A program made the translations under genes and the position numbers. 46,210 nucleotides of DNA from a virus. Lineage: Duplodnaviria; Caudoviricetes. Under the pieces are notes generated by a model. The model ran no database searches, had not been told where the DNA came from, and saw only the letters and a list, made by a program, of their open reading frames with translations. The DNA is taken from positions 1 to 46,210 of the IMG/VR virus record IMGVR_UViG_3300017774_000291; one strand, given 5' to 3'. Shown one piece after another: positions 39,648 through 46,210 of this stretch (position 1 is its first letter; each line of letters starts with the position of its first letter).

Positions 39648-39872
39648 ATGTTATCTGTCCAGGAAGTAACCTTTTATAACGATTTGGTTGAAAAGAATGT
39701 TGCAGGTAAAATTAACTGTCCATTTGATACTGATGATGTTGTTGTTACTAAAGTTAACGATGAGGGTAAGGTATACTTTAAATGCTTAGGGTGCGACACC
39801 ATATTTTATCCAGGGTTAAAGATAGAAAAAATAATTAAAGATACTATTGACAAATACAATCCAAATAGATAA
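39648..39872 (+). CDS. small putative Zn-ribbon protein
   Basis: CPFD...CLGC; divergent from nrdJ. Confidence 0.65.
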   Translation: MLSVQEVTFYNDLVEKNVAGKINCPFDTDDVVVTKVNDEGKVYFKCLGCDTIFYPGLKIEKIIKDTIDKYNPNR

Positions 39873-39900
39873 AATTGAATGGGTGTTAGGGTGGGAATAG

Positions 39901-39946
39901 ATTAAATATAATAATAATTAATAAATAATAATATTAATATATTAAA
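39901..39946. other. 46-nt A/T-only tract
   Basis: no G or C across 39901-39946, inside the largest intergenic gap. Confidence 0.9.
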
Positions 39947-40028
39947 GATATCCACATATAGACCAATAGCACAACAATAATCATATGTCAACACTTATAA
40001 GAATAAATCACATAATTTAACAAAATAG

Positions 40029-40057
40029 TTGATTTTAGGGAATATGTGGGTTATACT
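40029..40057 (+). promoter_or_regulatory. sigma70/SigA-type promoter for transglycosylase gene
   Basis: TTGATT-17 nt-TATACT, GGAGG SD downstream. Confidence 0.65.
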
Positions 40058-40089
40058 AGATATATATCATTTCTTGTGGAGGTAATTTT

Positions 40090-40599
40090 ATGAGAAAGGT
40101 TATATTATATTTAATAGCATTTATTATTCTAGGTACTTATGTAAATCGACTGGATACGTCATTAATTGAATACCCCGCAAAAGCGTTAGTGGTCGTCCCT
40201 GAAGGACAGACCACTTCAAGTGTTTTAGGGGCCCTACAGGCCGCCAGAGAGGCTTCTAGCGGTACTGCAGCAAGAACTAGGGCTCAGTTCGAAGATCCTA
40301 AATCTGATCCTGCAATTGCTGCTTATCAACATTATTTAAAAATTTTAATTCCAAGAGGTGAGTGGTCTTGTTATTTTAACATTATTGAAAAAGAAAGCAA
40401 ATGGAATCCGCTTGCACAAAATCCTACCTCAACAGCATTTGGAATTGGTCAATTCATAGACAACACCTGGGAAGTAGTGGGTTTTGAAAAAACTAAAGAT
40501 CCTTATTATCAAATTGATGCAATGATTAAATACGTTGAATTAATTTATGGTGATGGCTGTAATGCTTGGGAATTTAAAAATAAACGTGGTTGGTATTAA
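40090..40599 (+). CDS. membrane-anchored/secreted lytic transglycosylase (SLT, lysozyme-like fold)
   Basis: N-terminal hydrophobic helix; KESKWNPLAQNPTSTAFGIGQF, QIDAMIKYV..YG..C.AW....GWY. Confidence 0.88.
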   Translation: MRKVILYLIAFIILGTYVNRLDTSLIEYPAKALVVVPEGQTTSSVLGALQAAREASSGTAARTRAQFEDPKSDPAIAAYQHYLKILIPRGEWSCYFNIIEKESKWNPLAQNPTSTAFGIGQFIDNTWEVVGFEKTKDPYYQIDAMIKYVELIYGDGCNAWEFKNKRGWY

Positions 40600-41687
40600 A
40601 GGTCTCTAATTTCTCTATAAACTTTATCCCATTCAGGACCACGCTTTTCCATAGTATGAAATTCTTTTACTATTCTCATATTTTCTTGACGTTCTTTGTT
40701 TCTTAATTTTTGATTTGATAGTTCTTCTAAATGAGATAACCATTCATCTTTAGTATGTGCTATTCTTCCTACCCCAAATTCTTTATTTAAAAATGTATAT
40801 TCTTCAAAGTCTGTAGATATCCAAGGAACTCCGGCAGCGGTATATTCAAGACCTTTAATAAATGACTTTGCTCTATTAAATTCAACACCACTTAATGGAA
40901 CAATACCAATGTCTATTCTATTAAACATCTTTGTATAACTTAAAATTGGCTGCATACCCTCTGATGAATATAGTTTATGAGGAACTCCTAGTTGCTCTTC
41001 TACCGTTGGAGCGTTTATAATATGACCTGAATGATGAAATCTCCATTGTTTCTTTTCTAAATATTCTCCTACAAAAGGGCTTAATGTTTGAAGATCATTT
41101 GAACGCCAAGGTGTTGCTCCTACCCATCCAACTGTAGGGTATAAGCCTGACTTATCTTTTCTAAAATTAAAATATTGACTATCTACTCCATTACGAACCA
41201 TGTAAATAGGTTTGTTAGGATATTCTTTTTTATAGTAATTATACAAAAATGGTGTAGAGGTAATTAAAGCATCTGCTAACTCCATACCCTTAAAATAGTG
41301 ATCTCTATTGTTCTTAGGGTTAGTCTTAGGATCTGTGGCTACATATGCCATGTTAGATGGCTCTAAGCCAGCATGGTGATCATCTATATCTATTACTATT
41401 TTTTGACCTATTGATTGTGCTTGAGGAATTTGACTAACTACACTTTCAAGCATCATTAATTTTAATACAACTATGTCCCAACCATGAACTGCTTTTTGAT
41501 CTGGAATTAATAAACCATATCCGTGATTAGGATCAAAACCAGGAAATCCCATTCCAGTTTCCCAACCAAACTTTTTTAACTCTGTCATTGGTAAATAACA
41601 ACGATACCAAGCACAACCATTTGGTTGTAATGGATTTGTACCAAAAGACCAGTCGTATGTTAAAAATGCTATTGTTGGTTTTGCCAT
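40596..41687 (-). CDS. glycosyltransferase (GT-B fold, GT4-like)
   Basis: IDIDD, STPFL, VRNG, VGWVG, DIGIVPL..FNRAKSFIKGLEYTAAGVP. Confidence 0.88.
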   Translation of the reverse strand: MAKPTIAFLTYDWSFGTNPLQPNGCAWYRCYLPMTELKKFGWETGMGFPGFDPNHGYGLLIPDQKAVHGWDIVVLKLMMLESVVSQIPQAQSIGQKIVIDIDDHHAGLEPSNMAYVATDPKTNPKNNRDHYFKGMELADALITSTPFLYNYYKKEYPNKPIYMVRNGVDSQYFNFRKDKSGLYPTVGWVGATPWRSNDLQTLSPFVGEYLEKKQWRFHHSGHIINAPTVEEQLGVPHKLYSSEGMQPILSYTKMFNRIDIGIVPLSGVEFNRAKSFIKGLEYTAAGVPWISTDFEEYTFLNKEFGVGRIAHTKDEWLSHLEELSNQKLRNKERQENMRIVKEFHTMEKRGPEWDKVYREIRDL

Positions 41688-41701
41688 TATATTCTTTCTA
41701 T

Positions 41702-41732
41702 AAGAAAAGAGGGTAGCATTTAACTACCCTCT
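41702..41732 (-). terminator. intrinsic terminator after holin-like gene
   Basis: AGAGGGTAG-7 nt-CTACCCTCT then TTTCTT. Confidence 0.8.
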
Positions 41733-41748
41733 AATGTTTAATACTTAT

Positions 41749-41988
41749 TTATTTCTTTGAGTTACCTTTTGGGGCAACTGCACCGATACCGAATTTAGTA
41801 TCTTTTGGATTAACTGCACGGATAACAACCCATGCTGCTGCTGTAATGGCTGCATTTAATACATTACCAATTACATCTCCTGTTAAAACAGATACATCTG
41901 CACCTGATTCAACAAATTTACCAATTAAGGTAATTAGAAAAGCGTTAAGAGCGGAACTCAAAACTGCTTTGTTTAATACTGATTCCAT
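41749..41988 (-). CDS. holin-like small membrane protein
   Basis: two hydrophobic segments, RAVNPKDTKFG, basic C-terminus, AAGGAGG SD. Confidence 0.6.
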   Translation of the reverse strand: MESVLNKAVLSSALNAFLITLIGKFVESGADVSVLTGDVIGNVLNAAITAAAWVVIRAVNPKDTKFGIGAVAPKGNSKK

Positions 41989-42014
41989 TTGTCCTCCTTT
42001 AAGAACATAGGATA

Positions 42015-42044
42015 ATTGTACACCATGCTATAGATCTTTGTCAA
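42015..42044 (-). promoter_or_regulatory. sigma70/SigA-type promoter for holin-like gene
   Basis: TTGACA-18 nt-TACAAT. Confidence 0.7.
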
Positions 42045-42200
42045 CTACCACTTGCCTATAGGGCAAGAAGCCTCTGGTATTCCTACCTTTATTGGCATTA
42101 CACAAGCACACAAATCACATTGTTTTGTAAGTTTGTACAAATGTTCACAAGACTTACACAAACTATATCTTTCTTTTGGATCTGTAGTCTTGTCAGACAT
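42045..42200 (-). CDS. small Cys-rich protein (51 aa, absent from ORF track; DUF6171-like pattern)
   Basis: Hand translation MSDKTTDPKERYSLCKSCEHLYKLTKQCDLCACVMPIKVGIPEASCPIGKW. Confidence 0.8.
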   Translation of the reverse strand: MSDKTTDPKERYSLCKSCEHLYKLTKQCDLCACVMPIKVGIPEASCPIGKW

Positions 42201-42498
42201 TATTATCTAATTCTTTAAATCTAGGCATTGCATTATATTCAAACTCTTTTATAGTTGATAAAATGTTAATGTAAGACTGAAGAAGCCCTTGACCGGGGGT
42301 AGAAGGATCATATAAACCCTTTATTTCAATTTCTACATATTCTTTAATCTTATTAGCAACAAAGTCTTTAATCTTATTTAATATTTCACTATCCTCATAA
42401 TATAGTTCTATCAAATGAGCATATTGGAATAAAAATACTACTTCGTTATCATCTGTTAATATAACAGGGCCTTGTGAAGAATTTAATATTTGATACAT
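42193..42498 (-). CDS. hypothetical protein
   Basis: 101 aa, GAAAGG SD, overlaps next ORF. Confidence 0.65.
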   Translation of the reverse strand: MYQILNSSQGPVILTDDNEVVFLFQYAHLIELYYEDSEILNKIKDFVANKIKEYVEIEIKGLYDPSTPGQGLLQSYINILSTIKEFEYNAMPRFKELDNNV

Positions 42499-42519
42499 TG
42501 AATACCTTTCTTTCTTTTA

Positions 42520-43698
42520 TTATACCGCTGATAGGGTAAAGTTGTCAAGTGAGGTAGCCTGAGTAACGGTAGCGTCTGACTTAGGTCCAAGCACTAAGCC
42601 GTGTCTAGTGCCCTTATTAGGGCCTGTAGCGGTATATGCTTGAATCCAAGAACTTCCTGTATTGTCGTCATTTGCATACGCTCTTAGAGTTATCGTGTTA
42701 TTAGAAGTAGAAACAGAAATATTTGCGGGTATCCAAGTATTATCATTTACTGTATATGTATTTATTACTGCCACACTTCCAGCAATTGAATTAATTAATT
42801 TTACTTTATGAGAATATGAATATGTAGTTGTTACCGAAGCAGAATTACTTAATAAACAAGTTGTTCCACTAAGTGTTCCAACTGGACAAGAATATGATGT
42901 GCTTGTATTGTATCCCGCACTAGATACATTATTATAACAGTTTCCATATCCATCATAATGTGTTGTTCCAGATGGGCATCTACTAATACTTGTTCCTGGT
43001 TTAACTATTGTTGTACATGGACCATGACTTGTATTGTATTGTCCAACTGTATTTCCAGTCCAACAACCAGGTCCAGCAACTCCAGTTCCAGTACAACTAC
43101 CTGTTCCAGCATTAGCCAATCCAGCAATAGATGTCGTGTTTCCGCTGCAAGTAGATACTGTATTTGGTGTAGCGGCAAAATCATAAACACAAGTTGCTGT
43201 TCCTTGTCCACTTTGTAACGGCTTACCATTAAAAGTAGATGCACAAGTAAATGCTGTAGTTCCAGTTAGTACAGCATCGGTATGTGCTGCCCACCAATTT
43301 GTTGCATCAATAATCCAAAATGCTATGCCAGCACCATATTTTCCAGATGATTGAGATGTTCCTGTTGCATTTATATTTGCTCCAACTAAAACATTTTGAG
43401 TATTAAATTCAACATCTATCATTGGATAAGTAGATGCAGATGTTGATGTAAAGACTTTATTACTTAGTATTGACCAACTACCGTCAGTTTGAGTCCAAGC
43501 AACATCTGTGTTTGGAACATTTCCTAAACTTGCACTGTCTGCTCTATTAAAATTATCAGATATAGATGATGTATATACAGTTTGCCAAGTGCCATTAACT
43601 TTTGCAAATACCTGTTTTGCGGTAGACCAAGTGTTTGATGTTTTTACAAATGGAGTTCCATTAGCCCAAGAGCCGTTAACTTTAGCATTTATTGGCAC
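42520..43698 (-). CDS. putative virion fibre/receptor-binding protein with Cys-rich insert
   Basis: KVNGxW N-terminal repeats, SDNFNRAD lectin-like start, 10-Cys central segment. Confidence 0.6.
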   Translation of the reverse strand: MPINAKVNGSWANGTPFVKTSNTWSTAKQVFAKVNGTWQTVYTSSISDNFNRADSASLGNVPNTDVAWTQTDGSWSILSNKVFTSTSASTYPMIDVEFNTQNVLVGANINATGTSQSSGKYGAGIAFWIIDATNWWAAHTDAVLTGTTAFTCASTFNGKPLQSGQGTATCVYDFAATPNTVSTCSGNTTSIAGLANAGTGSCTGTGVAGPGCWTGNTVGQYNTSHGPCTTIVKPGTSISRCPSGTTHYDGYGNCYNNVSSAGYNTSTSYSCPVGTLSGTTCLLSNSASVTTTYSYSHKVKLINSIAGSVAVINTYTVNDNTWIPANISVSTSNNTITLRAYANDDNTGSSWIQAYTATGPNKGTRHGLVLGPKSDATVTQATSLDNFTLSAV

Positions 43699-43707
43699 TA
43701 TAATCTC

Positions 43708-44241
43708 CTAGAATTTAACCCAGATATCACCATTATTGCCATCACCAGATACAGGTGAGGATGCTGATACTGTTATATTTCTTACTCTTGAAGTTAGTGC
43801 TTGAGATCCTTGAATTACAATGTCAGTAGCCTGACCAGAAAATCTTCCAGCAAAATCTATTAATGATATTGTTGTTGAACTTGAATTTTTAAATTCTATT
43901 AAATTTGCACTCTGACTTGCAGCAGCAGTTATGCTAATTGGAATAACCGAAGCAGAAGATGGAAGCATGACATTTGATCCAGTTTTAGTTAATAGATTTG
44001 CAGTATTTGGTAAAGTGGTTAAAGTTGATTCTATACTGTCTAACCTAGTTTCATGTCCCTGAAAAGCACCAACAACTCCTAATGGAGATCCAGAAGATGA
44101 TGTCCAGTTTGATACACCAAAATGATAGGCACGAAATGCCTCAGTAACATCTGCTGTGTCACTTAAATCAGGAACAAGGGAATCAAATTTAGACTCAACG
44201 CTTCCAGTTGAACCTGTAAGTTCTCTTAGACTTCTTGCCAT
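43708..44241 (-). CDS. putative minor virion/fibre protein
   Basis: ends SASSPVSGDGNNGDIWVKF, a common phage fibre linker pattern. Confidence 0.55.
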   Translation of the reverse strand: MARSLRELTGSTGSVESKFDSLVPDLSDTADVTEAFRAYHFGVSNWTSSSGSPLGVVGAFQGHETRLDSIESTLTTLPNTANLLTKTGSNVMLPSSASVIPISITAAASQSANLIEFKNSSSTTISLIDFAGRFSGQATDIVIQGSQALTSRVRNITVSASSPVSGDGNNGDIWVKF

Positions 44242-44251
44242 TTTTTACCCC

Positions 44252-46210
44252 CTATCCATTTGTAGTACTTTGACTTCCAGAAGTTGAATTATCTGAATAA
44301 GCGTTTGTAGCAGAAACACCAAAGAAATTTCCAAATCCACGCATTCCTGTTCCATTTTCAATTCTTACTCCATTAAGAGCAACATTTGAATTTTCTTTAA
44401 AACCTCTATTTGAATTAGTAGAACAGTTAGAACAATTACCTTCATATATTATATAACTATAAGTATTATTAGTATTTTGTGAAACATCTTTGATAACATT
44501 ATTAGATACCATTAATGCTGAACTACTAGTTTTTATGCTAATGCCATGATTTCCTATATTTTCTAATCTATTACCATTTACAATTGCATCTATTAATGTT
44601 GTAAAGGCTATTCCATTTACCCCAAAATTTTTAATATGATTATTGTTTACTGTGACTCCGTCATAGTTTACTACGTATACTCCACTGTGTCCAGAGGTAG
44701 AATTTACACCTTCAATTTGATTTCCAGTAATAATTAAGTTTTTGCATTGTTGACCACTTGTAATTCTATCAGCCTGATCAAACCCAGCACCTATTCCAGC
44801 ATAACAATTTTTAATAATGTTGTTAGCAATAACAGTATCGTCATATGCAACGTCTAGTCTTATAGCATATTCTGTCATTGAGTCAAAAGTATTTCCAACC
44901 ATCTTTACATTTGTATGTTTAACTCCCGATGTGTATGAATGAGATCCTATTCCTGTTGGCCAAGAAGTTGTTCCAGCAGTTCCTGAAGGTCCAAAGTAAC
45001 AATTTTCCACTACAACATCTGTACAAGGAGTATTATCGTAAGAACCAAAAGCACCAAATACTCCAGAACTTTTTGCTAAATCTATTTGTACTGCTTCTGA
45101 ATATGCTCTACTTCCAGTATCTTTATAACCAACAAATCTACAATTTGATATTCTTACATTTTTACTTGAGTTAACTTCAATAGCATGGTATCCACCAACG
45201 TTGCTAATAGTAGCGTCTTGAATAATAATATTAGCACCATGGCCAATACTTATACCCATTGCTGGAGTTGATGGATATGCTTGACCTCTGCATTCCCATA
45301 TCCCACCAATAATTTTAATATCAGTTTGTCCAGCATATCCACTATAACTTGCTCCACCAGCACCATTGATAATCATATTAGATGTATGTTGTCTAAACAT
45401 TACTGCTTTTTGAGATAGCAACAAAGTAGTTCCTGTATAAATTTCTAATCTACTTCCTAGGTTGTAAGTACCAGTAGGAATATATACAGTTCCACCCCCT
45501 GCATCTCTTGCAGCATATAATGCATTTTGAATTTTAGTTGCAGAATCTCCCTCTCCAGCAGAAACTCCATAGTCTCTAACAACATCATAAAAATTACTTG
45601 CTTTTTGATTTACGGATGCAGAACTAGCACCCAGATCTTCATATGTAGTTCCATTATTTGTAAATTGCCATTTATCAGATGTCTCGTTCCATTTAATAGA
45701 AACGTTGTTTGAAGTTCCTCTTTCTACCTCTATTCCAGCATCTAGCACAGGAGTAGCACTTGCTGTAGAGTTTAGTGTAATAATATTATCAGCAACTAGT
45801 AAGTTAACAGTATTTAAATTAACATTATTTCCTATAGTATATAAAGATCCATTTACGGTTAAGTCTCCATTAATAGTCGCAGAACCAGATACCGTCATGG
45901 GTCCTGGCGTTATTAAATTAGAGGCTAGATATAAGTATGCTGCACCATTTAATAAATCTACTCCCACCTGATTTGCTTGAGATGTTATATTTAACACTCC
46001 AGTATTTTCAATACTTATAGATCCATTTCCATCATTATAGGTTAAATTAACTCCAGTATGTGAGGCAGTATTAAACATTGATGCTACTTCATCTTGAATT
46101 TGTTCTTGTGTATAGTTTATTATTTTTACCCAGGCATTATTATGAGAATAATACATTGATCCTGTACCGCTTACATATGCCCATTTTCCAGTATTTGATG
46201 AGGCTGATGG
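44252..46210 (-). CDS. tailspike-like protein with pectate-lyase-type parallel beta-helix (5' truncated by window)
   Basis: VRDYG..D..IQNAL..GGGTVYIPTGTY, repeated I.NN.I rungs, AGIEVERG fibre motif; frame open to the window edge (PSASSNTGKWAYVSGTGS-MYY). Confidence 0.85.
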   Translation of the reverse strand, partial: PSASSNTGKWAYVSGTGSMYYSHNNAWVKIINYTQEQIQDEVASMFNTASHTGVNLTYNDGNGSISIENTGVLNITSQANQVGVDLLNGAAYLYLASNLITPGPMTVSGSATINGDLTVNGSLYTIGNNVNLNTVNLLVADNIITLNSTASATPVLDAGIEVERGTSNNVSIKWNETSDKWQFTNNGTTYEDLGASSASVNQKASNFYDVVRDYGVSAGEGDSATKIQNALYAARDAGGGTVYIPTGTYNLGSRLEIYTGTTLLLSQKAVMFRQHTSNMIINGAGGASYSGYAGQTDIKIIGGIWECRGQAYPSTPAMGISIGHGANIIIQDATISNVGGYHAIEVNSSKNVRISNCRFVGYKDTGSRAYSEAVQIDLAKSSGVFGAFGSYDNTPCTDVVVENCYFGPSGTAGTTSWPTGIGSHSYTSGVKHTNVKMVGNTFDSMTEYAIRLDVAYDDTVIANNIIKNCYAGIGAGFDQADRITSGQQCKNLIITGNQIEGVNSTSGHSGVYVVNYDGVTVNNNHIKNFGVNGIAFTTLIDAIVNGNRLENIGNHGISIKTSSSALMVSNNVIKDVSQNTNNTYSYIIYEGNCSNCSTNSNRGFKENSNVALNGVRIENGTGMRGFGNFFGVSATNAYSDNSTSGSQSTTNG

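Noticed and set aside
1446-45971. Many 60-150 aa plus-strand ORFs, plus the minus-strand 43005..43244, nested in long genes
   Set aside because: Fully overlap well-supported genes and show no recognisable motifs; only 39648..39872 and 40090..40599 accepted on the plus strand
1-46210. tRNA genes, alternative genetic code, diversity-generating retroelement
   Set aside because: No cloverleaf seen in the few gaps, ORFs are intact under the standard bacterial code, and no reverse transcriptase or template/variable repeat pair was found by eye

Overview
AT-rich fragment (roughly one-third GC by eye) of a large siphovirus-type tailed phage genome, almost entirely encoded on the minus strand. In coordinate order it holds a replication/recombination module (Cas4-like nuclease, resolvase-like nuclease, RecA, DnaE, gp32-like SSB, primase, DnaB); a tail module (tip proteins, 2578-aa tape measure, frameshifted tail chaperones, major tail protein); a head module (adaptors, major capsid, protease/scaffold, portal); a class II ribonucleotide reductase; a short plus-strand island with an A/T-only tract and a lytic transglycosylase; then a glycosyltransferase, a holin-like gene, Cys-rich proteins and a beta-helix tailspike that runs off the window end. 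I saw no terminase, integrase, tRNA, CRISPR array, intein or intron. An actinobacterial host is an inference from gene architecture and apparent leaderless promoters. Most notable: (1) the tape measure carries a cassette of three unknown domains delimited by repeated YxxGG / DTVPAMLTPGEF motifs; (2) a Ser-Ala-Ser motif is strongly enriched in putative virion-surface proteins, in a genome that encodes a glycosyltransferase; (3) complementary 15-mers lie just upstream of the major capsid and major tail genes; (4) a hairpin cluster sits inside the transglycosylase gene near a 46-nt A/T-only tract. All calls come from motif recognition by eye, with no database searches.
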